DNA of 64,000 nucleotides from Chlamydiia bacterium (GCA_030429605.1 JAUIEV010000006.1:42154-106153); one strand, 5' to 3'. Positions 27,573 through 37,882 are shown, counted from the first letter of the stretch. The notes: generated from the sequence alone by a model not told the origin. Numbers and translations: made by a program.

Positions 27573-30173
27573 ATGAACAAACCTTCTCTACTTGGCGATT
27601 ATAGCCTTACTTTTCATTCTTTTACCGGCATTCAAGAAATCGTTTCACGATTTAAGACGTCCAATTTTGCATCGCTTCATGAGCAAGTGAAGTACGATAA
27701 AGTCAGCGAACAGCTCTTAGAGTGTATTGTCTCGACAGAAGAGGAGTGTTTTCTCTTGCCTGCTGTTGTTGAATTTATTGGACTCATTCGAGAGGAAGGT
27801 ATACTCCCTGAATACACGTTTACTGCATTTGAGTTTTGGTTGAATAATTTTTCACACCTAAGCGATGAGGAAAATAGCCGTATTCGTGGAAAAATCGTTG
27901 GAAAGATGATTCCTCGGGATGCATACCAACGGTATTTTCCAATCGGGGGAGGGAAGCGGTACTCTGGAAGCCATTTTGTTGCAGCACATACTTCGCCAGA
28001 TCTTGATACGACGGTAGCCTCTTTTTGGGGGTTTGTTGATGCGTTTGGAGCCAGAGTTTCTGAAGGTCTTCATATCTGGAATATTCCTGGTGGAGCACCT
28101 AAATCTCTTGTGGAAATGGGACTTCTTTTTTATGAGCCGTTTGGATCTCCAGTTTTTGAAGCGCTTGCAAAAAACCGTACAGCTTTGAACCTTTCCGCAC
28201 TTGACCTTGTGACACAAGAGGGGCTTTTACGTAAGCAGCTTCGTGACCAGGCAATGAGCTTTGATCACGAAAGAAAAAGCAGTGCAGTTATCCTTACTGA
28301 TGATGAGGGGTATTTTCTAGGTGACTGGCGCAGCATCGATGTTGAAGGTGTTCGTCAAATAATTATGTCGCTTAATAGTTGTCTTCGCTGGATGGAGAGC
28401 CATCTCCACATCGAATTAATTTCCCTTTTTGCAAAAGATGAAGTGTCTGAAGACAAAGCATCTCGAGTTATTGAAGGGTTGCTCAATCAATCACTTCATT
28501 CCTCCGAACCGGCAGGAGAGTTTACTCTCCGTCAGCAAAAATATTTACAAGACTATCTGGTGCACGTACTGAATGTTCCTCAAGGCTTGGATGCAACGTT
28601 TGCAGAGTTTGCTGAAAGTATGGAGCAACGAGACATTACTGCATTTAGTGGTGTATTTGCTTCTCTTAAAGTGCTTTCAGAAAAATCGAGTTTTGATGGA
28701 AATGGTGGATTAGCAATAAAAAGGCCTGCGCTTTTTACTACGCTAAAAAAAATAGTTCTTCAACTCTCTGAAACATTTAAAGAAATCAGGCAGTATGTTG
28801 AATCACTCGATATCGCTCTTCAGATAAAAACAAAAGTGCTTGGGTACGCTCCACAGTATGTGACGCATCGTACAGACGTTGAAGAGATTCGTTCGAAGAT
28901 GAATGGGTACACCCACTTAACAGTGAACTACTCAAGTGATGATGGAGCGCTTATTCCAGTCGGAGTTGTCTATGCTTCTGATTTACAGAAAAAAATACTC
29001 GGAACGGTCACCCTCAGAGATTTTTGTAACCGGGAAGAAGTGAAGATACCAACGTATCTTGAGATTATAAGTGTGATTGACCACCATAAGGCGACGTTAA
29101 CAACTTCTACTCCCGTCACAGCACACATTTCTGATGCCCAGTCTTCGAATGCTGCGGTTGCTGAGCTGGCATTTGCAATTAACGATCACTATTCAACGGC
29201 TGGTATGTCTGAAGAAGAGATAGAAGCGCAGCTCAAAGAATCGGATCACAACTTAAATATCTACAGCCGACTTATCACGAAGAAAAAGGCGCTTCAGAGA
29301 ATGAAAAGTGGGTACTCTATTCGCCCAGAACGTGAGTACTTAGAATATCTCCACTTTGTGTACGCTATTCTTGATGATACAGATCTTTTAACGAAGGTAT
29401 CAAGACGTGATGTCGAATGCGTGGCAGAACTGCTTAATCGAATGAAAACACTCTCGCTTCGTCAAGAAACTGAGATTGTCTCTTTCAGTGATCTTGAAGG
29501 AGACCCTCAATTTGTCAAAAAAGCTGCAGAACGGCTTTTGCAAAATGAAGATTTCTTTTCTTTGTATAGTAAAGTCTATGCATCAAAAGAAGAGGCTGTT
29601 GAGGAAAATATTAAAAAAGCGCTCTCTGGGGATTATGCAGCCCTGTTTTCAGATGCAAAAGTGCTTGCGACTATCAATCGTGTTTCACAGACCAAGATTT
29701 TTGCAAAAAACTATGCTTCGTTTGATACAAACAGAGCTCTTTTGATTCAACAGTGGGTGAAAAAAGCTGCAGAAATCACTGCTGCAACTGAAGAAATTGA
29801 CTTTCACATGCATATGGTTTCCACAGTACGTAGTGCTGAAGAACTCCACAAGGGTGTGGCTATCACATACGATCATAAGGATGAGCTCTGGTTTTGGATA
29901 CCAAACTCAAGTGTGGCCATCGAGCATATGCAGCTCTTTTTGTCTGCCTTTAAGCCCGTCCTCTCGCCATATATTCATGAACTTACGCTTACAATATATG
30001 GAAACCAAGCCAAAAGCTGGTCGCTTCTTTTTAAAGAGAGTTATTTAGATCTTAAGCATACATTGAAAGTGGATACGCCATACCAAGCTATAGTCCTTCA
30101 GTTTCCTGCAGGAGTATTAAATTCTAGAAAGGCGAAAATTGCGCCGTATCTTCCGACACGCTCTAGTACATAA
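27573..30173 (+). CDS. Large DHH-family phosphoesterase-like protein (atypical, 866 aa)
   Basis: SD GAGGA. The DHH motif I-like segment is AAHTSPDLDTTVASFWG and motif III is VIDHHKATL. The N-terminal extension and the insert between the motifs are both long. No further domain recognised. Confidence 0.6.
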   Translation: MNKPSLLGDYSLTFHSFTGIQEIVSRFKTSNFASLHEQVKYDKVSEQLLECIVSTEEECFLLPAVVEFIGLIREEGILPEYTFTAFEFWLNNFSHLSDEENSRIRGKIVGKMIPRDAYQRYFPIGGGKRYSGSHFVAAHTSPDLDTTVASFWGFVDAFGARVSEGLHIWNIPGGAPKSLVEMGLLFYEPFGSPVFEALAKNRTALNLSALDLVTQEGLLRKQLRDQAMSFDHERKSSAVILTDDEGYFLGDWRSIDVEGVRQIIMSLNSCLRWMESHLHIELISLFAKDEVSEDKASRVIEGLLNQSLHSSEPAGEFTLRQQKYLQDYLVHVLNVPQGLDATFAEFAESMEQRDITAFSGVFASLKVLSEKSSFDGNGGLAIKRPALFTTLKKIVLQLSETFKEIRQYVESLDIALQIKTKVLGYAPQYVTHRTDVEEIRSKMNGYTHLTVNYSSDDGALIPVGVVYASDLQKKILGTVTLRDFCNREEVKIPTYLEIISVIDHHKATLTTSTPVTAHISDAQSSNAAVAELAFAINDHYSTAGMSEEEIEAQLKESDHNLNIYSRLITKKKALQRMKSGYSIRPEREYLEYLHFVYAILDDTDLLTKVSRRDVECVAELLNRMKTLSLRQETEIVSFSDLEGDPQFVKKAAERLLQNEDFFSLYSKVYASKEEAVEENIKKALSGDYAALFSDAKVLATINRVSQTKIFAKNYASFDTNRALLIQQWVKKAAEITAATEEIDFHMHMVSTVRSAEELHKGVAITYDHKDELWFWIPNSSVAIEHMQLFLSAFKPVLSPYIHELTLTIYGNQAKSWSLLFKESYLDLKHTLKVDTPYQAIVLQFPAGVLNSRKAKIAPYLPTRSST

Positions 30174-30177
30174 AAAA

Positions 30178-30199
30178 AGCACAGGTTACTACCTGTGCT
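30178..30199 (-). terminator. Rho-independent terminator after the KH-domain gene
   Basis: Perfect 9-bp stem agcacaggt-tact-acctgtgct. On the minus strand it is followed by T7 (complement of 30172-30178). Confidence 0.75.
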
Positions 30200-30226
30200 C
30201 AAAGAGTAAGAATCTAACTAAAAAAA

Positions 30227-30490
30227 TTATGCTTCTTCAGCTTCAGCTGATTCGGCACCCTCTTCAAGAATTTCGAGATTAACTCTCATTCCGTTTCTGC
30301 TTGCAACAGACATAAGCAATGTCCGAACAGCATTAATAGTTTTTCCTCTTTTCCCAATAATTTTGCCGATATCAGCTTTGTCTACGCGTAATTCAATGAT
30401 GAGCGTGTGCGTTCCACCGATTTCATTGATTTGTACTTTATCAGGATTGTCAACGAGATTTTTTACGATGTATTCAACAAATTCTTTCAT
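30227..30490 (-). CDS. khpA: KH-domain RNA-binding protein (KhpA/UPF0109 family) with an acidic tail
   Basis: From the ATG at 30490 the sequence reads MKEFVEYIVKNLVDNPDKVQINE...IGKIIGKRGKTINAVRTLL. The track ORF start at 30532 was trimmed. Confidence 0.85.
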   Translation of the reverse strand: MKEFVEYIVKNLVDNPDKVQINEIGGTHTLIIELRVDKADIGKIIGKRGKTINAVRTLLMSVASRNGMRVNLEILEEGAESAEAEEA

Positions 30491-30534
30491 TATTCGATCT
30501 CCGGTATCATTAGAAAGCGATACATTTAACACTA

Positions 30535-31434
30535 CTACAGCGAAAGATATTTTTCCATGGCTTTGTGCGTAGGGGCAGTAATTGAAAGCTCATTTTTAGA
30601 AATTGGGTGGGTAAACGTAAGCGTATGAGCATGCAGCAACTGTGTTGATGCCTTGTGGGTTGCATTCACTTTTTGGCTGCCATATATTGGATCTCCAATA
30701 ACAGGGCAGCGAAGAGAGAGGGCATGAACACGAATTTGATGCGTTCTTCCAGTTAAAATTTCCACCTCGAGCAAAGACCAGTCGTCAGTGCTGTGGATGC
30801 GGCGAAAAATGGACTGAGCAGGCTTTCCGCCATCTTTGATACACATTTTTTTTCTGTCGACAGGGTGTCTGCCGATAGGTGCATCGACAAGCCCTTCCTT
30901 CGGTTTTCCATGAACAACAGCGAGGTATGTCTTTTTCACCGTTCTTTCTGCAAACTGCTTCGATAGCTCACTTTGAACAAAAGGCGTTTTAGCAATTACA
31001 AGAGCACCGGTCGTGTCTTTATCGAGTCTATGTACTATCCCTGGTCGTATCGTGTCTTCAAAATCAGTAAACGAGGCGTATCTGTGTAAAAGGGCATTGA
31101 CGACTGTTCCATGAGGACTTCCTGGAGCAGGGTGGACGGCCATTCCTTGCTTCTTATTAATAACAAGGAGTGCATCGTCTTCGTAGAGTACATCTAATGG
31201 AATGTCTTCTTTTTGTGCATTTATTTCAGGAAGAGGAAGAAATGAGATGGAGACAGTGTCTCCGCATTGAGGAAGTATTCTTTTTTTGCATGGAACGTTG
31301 TTTAGAAGAACAGCAGAGTTTTCAAATAAAAAATGTAAATAATTTCTTGAGTGCTCAGGAAAAAGATGTGAAAGGATTTTATCAATCCGTCCAAATGCAA
31401 TATCTTGCTCGCTCAGCGTGAGTGTTGTTTCCAT
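30535..31434 (-). CDS. rluD: RluA/RluD-family 23S rRNA pseudouridine synthase
   Basis: An S4-like N-terminus is present. The catalytic motif is HRLDKDTTGALVIAK, followed by TGRTHQIRVH. Confidence 0.9.
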   Translation of the reverse strand: METTLTLSEQDIAFGRIDKILSHLFPEHSRNYLHFLFENSAVLLNNVPCKKRILPQCGDTVSISFLPLPEINAQKEDIPLDVLYEDDALLVINKKQGMAVHPAPGSPHGTVVNALLHRYASFTDFEDTIRPGIVHRLDKDTTGALVIAKTPFVQSELSKQFAERTVKKTYLAVVHGKPKEGLVDAPIGRHPVDRKKMCIKDGGKPAQSIFRRIHSTDDWSLLEVEILTGRTHQIRVHALSLRCPVIGDPIYGSQKVNATHKASTQLLHAHTLTFTHPISKNELSITAPTHKAMEKYLSL

Positions 31435-31458
31435 GGAAATAAGTGTACCATGGAAACC

Positions 31459-31710
31459 TTAATCCTTTCCAGTTTCTGCTCGCTTTAACTTCTCATTCGC
31501 TTTTTTCATTTGCTCTTGTTCACGTTTGATTTGCGTATTAATCATTTTTTCAATTCCGTGAATGAATTTCATAAACTGTTTAGGATTAAGTCCTAGACTA
31601 GGAAAAGACTTATTAAATTCTTTTCGCCATTTCTCAAGCGCAGGAGGCAAATGCCCCTGGCTTTGCATTTTTTGAGCAAACGGATTTTGAACGCCATGCA
31701 AAGGATCCAT
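31459..31710 (-). CDS. Small hypothetical protein (paralog pair, downstream member)
   Basis: 83 aa. Its start overlaps the stop of the upstream paralog (TAATG). The C-terminus is MINTQIKREQEQMKKANEKLKRAETGKD. Confidence 0.65.
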   Translation of the reverse strand: MDPLHGVQNPFAQKMQSQGHLPPALEKWRKEFNKSFPSLGLNPKQFMKFIHGIEKMINTQIKREQEQMKKANEKLKRAETGKD

Positions 31711-31934
31711 TATTCCCCCTTTTCAGACTCTTTCAACTGGTTGTTTGCCTGTCGTATTTGTGCATCATCGTGATTTAGGGTGTGGATAATGTTATTGACC
31801 CACTGCCCGATACATTTGTGGACATCGTGCTTTGACCATGCCGCACCTGGAAAAAGCTCGTCTTTTGCTGATGCCTCAGCTTCCTGTGAGCTCATTTTAT
31901 GATGGCTATTGCTTGATTGGATATTATCAACCAT
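31710..31934 (-). CDS. Small hypothetical protein (paralog pair, upstream member)
   Basis: Start taken at the ATG at 31934, preceded by GGGGAGG. 74 aa. The C-terminus IIHTLNHDDAQIRQANNQLKESEKGE resembles its neighbour. The track ORF to 32057 is judged an over-extension. Confidence 0.6.
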   Translation of the reverse strand: MVDNIQSSNSHHKMSSQEAEASAKDELFPGAAWSKHDVHKCIGQWVNNIIHTLNHDDAQIRQANNQLKESEKGE

Positions 31935-32015
31935 AGTAACCTCCCCTATACTCTTATTATAGTATAAATTTATTATTTGATAAAGAAATCTTAAGTTATT
32001 GATATAGAATAGACT

Positions 32016-32564
32016 ATGATTATCACATGGGTTATTGAAAAACAAATTACGCTGCAAAAAGATGGGCTTTTTTGGAAGGAAGTTCCTAAGTCCCTTTTTA
32101 AGAAAGAGTTAGCCGGAAAAGAATCGATTCAAGATGATGAATACATGCAGCTTGAGCAAAAAATCTGTGTTTCGCATGTTGCGACGCTTTTGTCGGCAAG
32201 AGCATACACGTCTGGAATGCTTACGAGTAAGTTGAAGGGAAAGGGGTTTGAAAGTGCTTCAATAGCTCACGCCCTCAAAAAATTTGAGGAGTATGGATAT
32301 CTCAATGATTCTAAACGTATTTGCTCATTCATTGAGCAAAAGCTTTCACAAGGATATGGCCCAATGTATATTAAGGCGCATATGCAAAAAACACTGAAAC
32401 TCACATTCGACGAAGCTTCTGCTTGGGTTGAGAAAGAATGCTCAGCAGTTCAGATGCGAAATGCGCTTTTAGTTGCCTTAAGAAAAGTAAAAACGCCTTC
32501 CTACCCGGCCCTTGCTAGACGAGGGTTTTCTCATGAACTCATTCAAGAAGCATTGCAGCATTAA
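32016..32564 (+). CDS. recX: RecA regulator RecX
   Basis: 182 aa with three-helix repeats. The pattern SARAYTSGMLTSKLKGKGF...FEEYGYLNDSKRICSFIEQKLSQGYGPMYIKAHM is typical of RecX. Confidence 0.75.
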   Translation: MIITWVIEKQITLQKDGLFWKEVPKSLFKKELAGKESIQDDEYMQLEQKICVSHVATLLSARAYTSGMLTSKLKGKGFESASIAHALKKFEEYGYLNDSKRICSFIEQKLSQGYGPMYIKAHMQKTLKLTFDEASAWVEKECSAVQMRNALLVALRKVKTPSYPALARRGFSHELIQEALQH

Positions 32565-32591
32565 AGTGAATTCTGTATAACCCTCTCTAAA

Positions 32592-34073
32592 ATGACGTCG
32601 TCGGAGGTATACAAAATTATGTCGGAAGCTACAGCTGATATCGGACTTGTTGGGCTCGCAGTGATGGGGCAGAACCTTGTCATGAATATGAACGATAATG
32701 GATTTACCGTTGCAGTTTTTAATAGAACGACTGAAAAGGTCGATGCCTTTCTTGAAGGTCCAGCGAAAGGATCAAATGTCATAGGGTTTCATTCAATTGA
32801 AGAAATGATCCAATCATTAAAACGTCCACGAAAAGTGATGTTTATGATTAAAGCAGGATCAGCTGTTGATGCACTAATTGAAGAAATTGTACCGCACCTG
32901 GAAGAAGGAGATATAATTATTGATGGTGGCAATAGCCATTACCCTGATAGTGAAAGACGGTATAAATATCTAAAAGATAAAGGGCTTCGATTTATCGGCT
33001 CAGGTATTTCTGGAGGAGAAGAAGGTGCGCGACATGGCCCATCAATTATGCCCGGTGGAGATGAATCTGCATGGCCAGAAATACGACCAATTTTTCAAGC
33101 GATTGCTGCGAAATCTGATGACGGTGAGCCATGCTGTGACTGGGTTGGTGATGGTGGTGCAGGGCACTATGTGAAAATGGTTCATAACGGGATTGAGTAT
33201 GGTGATATGCAAATTATTTGTGAAAGTTATCACCTCATGAAATCTTTGTTAAAAATGGAAGCAGATGACCTCGCGCCTATTTTTGAAGAATGGAATAAGG
33301 GCCCTCTCGACAGTTATCTGATTGAAATTTCAGCAAAAATATTTGCTTATAAAGAAGATGGAAAGCCCCTTGTTGACCAGATTCTGGATGTTGCCGGACA
33401 AAAAGGAACTGGAAAATGGACAGGGATTAGTGCGCTCGATATGGGAATGCCGCTGACACTTATAGGTGAGGCAGTTTTTGCTCGATGCCTCTCTGCATTA
33501 AAAGAGCAACGAGTGACAGTGTCGAAGCACTACCCAGAGGAAATTCCAGAGTTTACGGGTGATTCCAAGGAATTTATAGAGGAAGTGAGACAGGCTCTCT
33601 ATGCCTCTAAAATTATCAGCTATGCGCAAGGATTTATGCTTATGCAGGCTGCGGCGAAAGAATTTGGCTGGAAGTTGAATTACGGCTCCATTGCTCTTAT
33701 GTGGCGAGGTGGGTGCATCATACGAAGTAAGTTCTTAGGGAAGATTAAAGCTGCCTATGACAAAAACAAAGACTTAGAGAGTCTTCTTTTAGATGACTTC
33801 TTTAAGGGGGAACTTCAAGGATGTATATCTGGCTGGAGAGAAGTTGTTGCTACTGCAGCAAAACATGGTATTTCAACGCCGTGCTTTAGTACATCTCTTG
33901 CATTCTTTGATGGATACAGATGTGAGCGGTTGCCAGCGAATCTATTGCAAGCGCAGCGAGATTTTTTCGGTGCCCATACCTATGAGCGACTTGATCAGCC
34001 AAGAGGAAAGTTTTTCCATACGAACTGGACAGGTACAGGTGGTGACGTGTCGTCATCGACGTACAATGCGTAA
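32592..34073 (+). CDS. gnd: 6-phosphogluconate dehydrogenase (decarboxylating)
   Basis: Motifs IGLVGLAVMGQNLVMNM, GDGGAGHYVKMVHNGIEYGDMQ and IALMWRGGCIIRS. The ATG at 32619 is an alternative start. Confidence 0.96.
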   Translation: MTSSEVYKIMSEATADIGLVGLAVMGQNLVMNMNDNGFTVAVFNRTTEKVDAFLEGPAKGSNVIGFHSIEEMIQSLKRPRKVMFMIKAGSAVDALIEEIVPHLEEGDIIIDGGNSHYPDSERRYKYLKDKGLRFIGSGISGGEEGARHGPSIMPGGDESAWPEIRPIFQAIAAKSDDGEPCCDWVGDGGAGHYVKMVHNGIEYGDMQIICESYHLMKSLLKMEADDLAPIFEEWNKGPLDSYLIEISAKIFAYKEDGKPLVDQILDVAGQKGTGKWTGISALDMGMPLTLIGEAVFARCLSALKEQRVTVSKHYPEEIPEFTGDSKEFIEEVRQALYASKIISYAQGFMLMQAAAKEFGWKLNYGSIALMWRGGCIIRSKFLGKIKAAYDKNKDLESLLLDDFFKGELQGCISGWREVVATAAKHGISTPCFSTSLAFFDGYRCERLPANLLQAQRDFFGAHTYERLDQPRGKFFHTNWTGTGGDVSSSTYNA

Positions 34074-34088
34074 GATCTCTTAGCAAAA

Positions 34089-34117
34089 ATGGCTACCTTG
34101 AGGTAGCCATTTTTTTT
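34089..34117. terminator. Bidirectional rho-independent terminator between gnd and lepA
   Basis: atggctacc-ttga-ggtagccat, flanked by A5 upstream and T7 downstream. Confidence 0.8.
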
Positions 34118-34144
34118 ATAAAACATCTAAGCAAAAAGTCAGGA

Positions 34145-35953
34145 TTACTCTGTTGCTTTAAGAACTTCCATGAATGCGTTCTGTGGAATTGTTACCTTGC
34201 CAATTTCTTTCATCCGCTTCTTTCCTTTTTTCTGCTTTTCCCATAACTTTCGCTTCCGTGAGATATCACCGCCGTAACATTTAGCAGTTACATTTTTAGA
34301 AAGAGCCGAAATAGTTTCTCGGGCAATAATTTTCCCTCCAATTGCAGCTTGGATAGGGACTTTGAACATTTGTTTTGGAATAACTTCTTTAAGTTTTTTA
34401 CAAATAGCCCTTCCCTTTGATTCTGCTTTGTCTCTATGAACAAGGCATGAAAAAGCATCGACCGGTTCATCATTTACTTTAATTTCAAGCTTGATGATAT
34501 CACCTTTTCTATACTCATCAATTTCGTAATCAAAGGAGCCATACCCTTGCGTAACAGACTTTAATTTGTCGTTAAAGTCCGTGATTATTTCATTCATAGG
34601 AAACAGGTACGTCAAAAGAAGCATATTTGTTCCTGATGACTCTGTTTTAATAAGCTCTCCTCGCTTCTCTGTGGCAAGTCCCATGATACTGCCAAGGTAA
34701 TCAGAAGGAGCCATGATATGGCATTCGACCCATGGTTCAAGGATTCGCTGAATATGTGTTGGGTCTGGATAATGGACCGGATTGGAAACGTCTTTTATCT
34801 CTCCGCTTGTGAGCTCTACTTGATAGACAACACTTGGAGATGTTGTGATAATATCAAGGTCAAACTCTCTTTGAAGTCGCTCAAAAATAATTTCTAAGTG
34901 GAGAAGTCCAAGAAACCCGCAACGGAAGCCGAAGCCAAGTGCGTGAGAGCTTTCTTGTTCAACAGCAAGTGCGGCATCATTGAGCTGCAATTTGTAGAGT
35001 GCATCGCGGAGTGCTTCAAAATCAGATGAGTCAATTGGGTATATTCCTGCAAAGACAACCGGGGAAATTTGTTTGAACCCTGGAAGAGGTTTTTGCGCAC
35101 TGTGTTTTGAGTGCGTGATGGTATCTCCAATCTTGACATCTGAGGTGTTTTTTATGTTCGCGATGATATAACCCACTTCACCCGGTTTTAAAGAGTCAAC
35201 GGGCTTTTCCTGTGGTGCAAAAACACCTGTTTCAAGCACCTCGAACTGCTTGCCTGAAATCATCATTTTAATAGGCGTCTTTTTCGTGAGTTCGCCGCTC
35301 ATTACACGAACGTAAACCATAACACCGCGATATGGATCGTAGTGAGAGTCAAATATGAGAGCTCTTAAAATGTCATCTTCTGGAGGCTTTGGAGGGGGGA
35401 TTTCGGTGATAATACGTTCTAAAATCTCATCACACCCTTTTCCTGTTTTTGCTGAGCAAAGCACGGCATTTTGTGCTTCAAGACCAATAATTTCTTCAAT
35501 TTCTTTTTTTACTCTCTCCGGGTCAGAAGCGGGAAGGTCAACTTTATTTAAAACGCAAAAGATTTCCAGATCTCGTTCAATTGCTAAGTGTACATTTGCT
35601 AAACTTTGCGCTTGTACACCTTGTGCTGCATCAACGACAAGAAGCGCTCCTTCACATGCTGCGAGAGAGCGAGAGACTTCATATGAAAAGTCAACGTGTC
35701 CTGGAGTGTCAATGAAGTTGATTTGATATATCTCGCCGCTTTTTGATTTGTAATACATTGTGACGGGATGGGCTTTGATGGTAATTCCTCGCTCACGCTC
35801 TAAGTCCATGTCGTCGAGAAGTTGCGCTTGCATTTCTCTTGAGGTGACAGTTTGTGTAAGCTCGATAAGGCGATCAGAGATGGTCGACTTTCCGTGGTCA
35901 ATGTGGGCAATGATAGAGAAGTTTCTGATATTTTTTGGGTTATATTCGTTCAT
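34145..35953 (-). CDS. lepA: Elongation factor 4 (LepA)
   Basis: Motifs [29 protein letters not shown] and NKVDL. The LepA-specific C-terminus is [23 protein letters not shown]. Confidence 0.97.
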   Translation of the reverse strand: MNEYNPKNIRNFSIIAHIDHGKSTISDRLIELTQTVTSREMQAQLLDDMDLERERGITIKAHPVTMYYKSKSGEIYQINFIDTPGHVDFSYEVSRSLAACEGALLVVDAAQGVQAQSLANVHLAIERDLEIFCVLNKVDLPASDPERVKKEIEEIIGLEAQNAVLCSAKTGKGCDEILERIITEIPPPKPPEDDILRALIFDSHYDPYRGVMVYVRVMSGELTKKTPIKMMISGKQFEVLETGVFAPQEKPVDSLKPGEVGYIIANIKNTSDVKIGDTITHSKHSAQKPLPGFKQISPVVFAGIYPIDSSDFEALRDALYKLQLNDAALAVEQESSHALGFGFRCGFLGLLHLEIIFERLQREFDLDIITTSPSVVYQVELTSGEIKDVSNPVHYPDPTHIQRILEPWVECHIMAPSDYLGSIMGLATEKRGELIKTESSGTNMLLLTYLFPMNEIITDFNDKLKSVTQGYGSFDYEIDEYRKGDIIKLEIKVNDEPVDAFSCLVHRDKAESKGRAICKKLKEVIPKQMFKVPIQAAIGGKIIARETISALSKNVTAKCYGGDISRKRKLWEKQKKGKKRMKEIGKVTIPQNAFMEVLKATE

Positions 35954-36020
35954 GGCTGTATTTTATGCGTCTTATCGATTATTGACTAGTGGGAATCGTT
36001 CTTTTTTGGGATCAAAAAAA

Positions 36021-36043
36021 AGCCCATGCGAATGGCATGGGCT
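36021..36043 (-). terminator. Rho-independent terminator of npt1
   Basis: On the minus strand, agcccatgc-cattc-gcatgggct is followed by T8 (complement of 36013-36020). Confidence 0.8.
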
Positions 36044-36067
36044 TTCTGCATAAATACAAGGTATGAT

Positions 36068-37639
36068 TTATGCTTTTGTCGTTGCAAGCTCAGGAGCGGC
36101 TTCTTTAGCAGGAGCGGCTTCTTCTGTGCTTTCAGCTTTTTGCTCAGCAACAAGTGTGTTGAAGCGTTTGCTCAAACCGAATACAGCAACAATCCATCCG
36201 GCACAAATAAGGATCACGAGTGGTCCAAGGATGAATGTTAAGCTCGCAAGTGATACGGATCCACCGATCGATGCAAGAAGTGTAGACTGGATGAATGCTC
36301 CACCAGACTTTCCTGCTCGACCACCGATTACTTCAACAGCTCCTTGACCTTTTGTTTTAATCTCAGAGTCAAGTGGGATGTATGCCATCTGTTTTGTAGA
36401 ATCGAAAAGTGAATACTTTGTTCCTTTAGAAAGAACGTTTTGTATCTGTCCAACGATGACAGCTACAAGTACTACAGTCACGCCGAGGAAAGGAGTGAAT
36501 GGAGAAACGTTGTTTCCATTCCATACAACACCAAAGAAGATTGATGAAGTAATCAGAACCATCACAGGAGTAATAATTGCAGCTTTAAACCAGCTTAGTC
36601 TTCTAAGAAGGTTGTTACCAACAATCATAAGAAGGATTGTGATAGCGCCAGTCCACGTTGAGAATTGTCCCATGAACATGTTGTAGTCGTTCTTATCAGG
36701 GAAAGCGACCTTGATTTGTCCTTTCCAAACACCCTCAACGAGGTTGATTGCAACACCGTAAGAAAGAACGAGAACAGCAATAAGCCCAAGGTACGGGTTC
36801 TTCATGATGTACTTGAAACTTTCTCCAACTGACATTTTCACTTTCTTTTTCTTCGAAGACTTTTGGTCCGGAGAGTAAAGTTGTGGGTCAGTAAGAACGT
36901 TTTTGTTCATCCATCGGTATGTAAGAGCAACAACGATACCGGCAATAACGACTGCCGACATCAACGTTTTTAGGTTTACACCAAACGCATCCACACTTGC
37001 TGGGAGTGTTTTCGCATAGCTCGCTGCAAGCATGATTGTTGGTCCTGAAAGAAGAAGTCCGACGTTTCCGAGCATTCCAAAAAGACCATAAAATCTTTTT
37101 GCTTCTTCTACTTTCGTGATCTGGTTAGCAAACTGCCAGAAAAGCATTGAAAGGACAACAGATCCCCATAGCTCAGCAAGAATGTAGAAAAGGCTGAAGC
37201 TCCAGTTGCCAATGACTGGAACAAGCCAGTGTGCATTTGGATACTTCGCTTGGAGTCCTTGGATTGTTTCCAGGCTCATGTGGAAAATTCCAGTGTTTGG
37301 GTAAATGACATATGCAAATGCCCCAAAGAACACAAGAAATGGTACTAAAACAATATAAAAAAGTTTTTCACGAGAAAAAACGTTTGCCAATTTCATGAAC
37401 ATTGCCATGAATAAAATGGCACATGGAGTTACTCCATATAGCTTAAGGAATGAAAGACATTCCGCGCCGCCACCAGGAGAGTTGACCACAAGAGTATCCT
37501 TAGTATCCCGAAGGATAGTGTAGTTGAAAAGGATACACATCATCATAAGCCCCATTGGCAGGAATTTCTTCAGCTCGAAGTTATGAATCGGCCAAAGGAT
37601 CCCTCGCAGGCCTTTAAATTCCGCTTCCTTTGTAGACAT
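36068..37639 (-). CDS. npt1: ADP/ATP translocase (nucleotide transport protein, TLC family)
   Basis: 523 aa and polytopic. The N-terminus MSTKEAEFKGLRGILWPIHNFELKKFLPMGLMMMCILFNYTILRDTKDTLVV is characteristic of chlamydial and rickettsial Tlc/Npt transporters. Confidence 0.92.
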   Translation of the reverse strand: MSTKEAEFKGLRGILWPIHNFELKKFLPMGLMMMCILFNYTILRDTKDTLVVNSPGGGAECLSFLKLYGVTPCAILFMAMFMKLANVFSREKLFYIVLVPFLVFFGAFAYVIYPNTGIFHMSLETIQGLQAKYPNAHWLVPVIGNWSFSLFYILAELWGSVVLSMLFWQFANQITKVEEAKRFYGLFGMLGNVGLLLSGPTIMLAASYAKTLPASVDAFGVNLKTLMSAVVIAGIVVALTYRWMNKNVLTDPQLYSPDQKSSKKKKVKMSVGESFKYIMKNPYLGLIAVLVLSYGVAINLVEGVWKGQIKVAFPDKNDYNMFMGQFSTWTGAITILLMIVGNNLLRRLSWFKAAIITPVMVLITSSIFFGVVWNGNNVSPFTPFLGVTVVLVAVIVGQIQNVLSKGTKYSLFDSTKQMAYIPLDSEIKTKGQGAVEVIGGRAGKSGGAFIQSTLLASIGGSVSLASLTFILGPLVILICAGWIVAVFGLSKRFNTLVAEQKAESTEEAAPAKEAAPELATTKA

Positions 37640-37837
37640 AGTTATAATAACCTTTTTTTGTCCTGTATCATGCCTTTGTAAACAATACTGAAAAGCGCTT
37701 ACGCAGCATTACGCAGGGATTATTTATAGTGTGATTCGTTTAGACATTATCACTTTTTCACTAAAAGAATACCACGCGCGGTGGTTATTCTCAAGACTGA
37801 TTTTCGTCTTTCGAGAAATTTGTTTATAAAAAAATTG

Positions 37838-37865
37838 CCGGAATGACCAAACGTGATCATTCCGG
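37838..37865 (-). terminator. Rho-independent terminator after the Euo-like gene
   Basis: On the minus strand, ccggaatga-(10-nt loop)-tcattccgg is followed by caattttttt. Confidence 0.65.
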
Positions 37866-37882
37866 ATAAAAGAAAAAATTAA

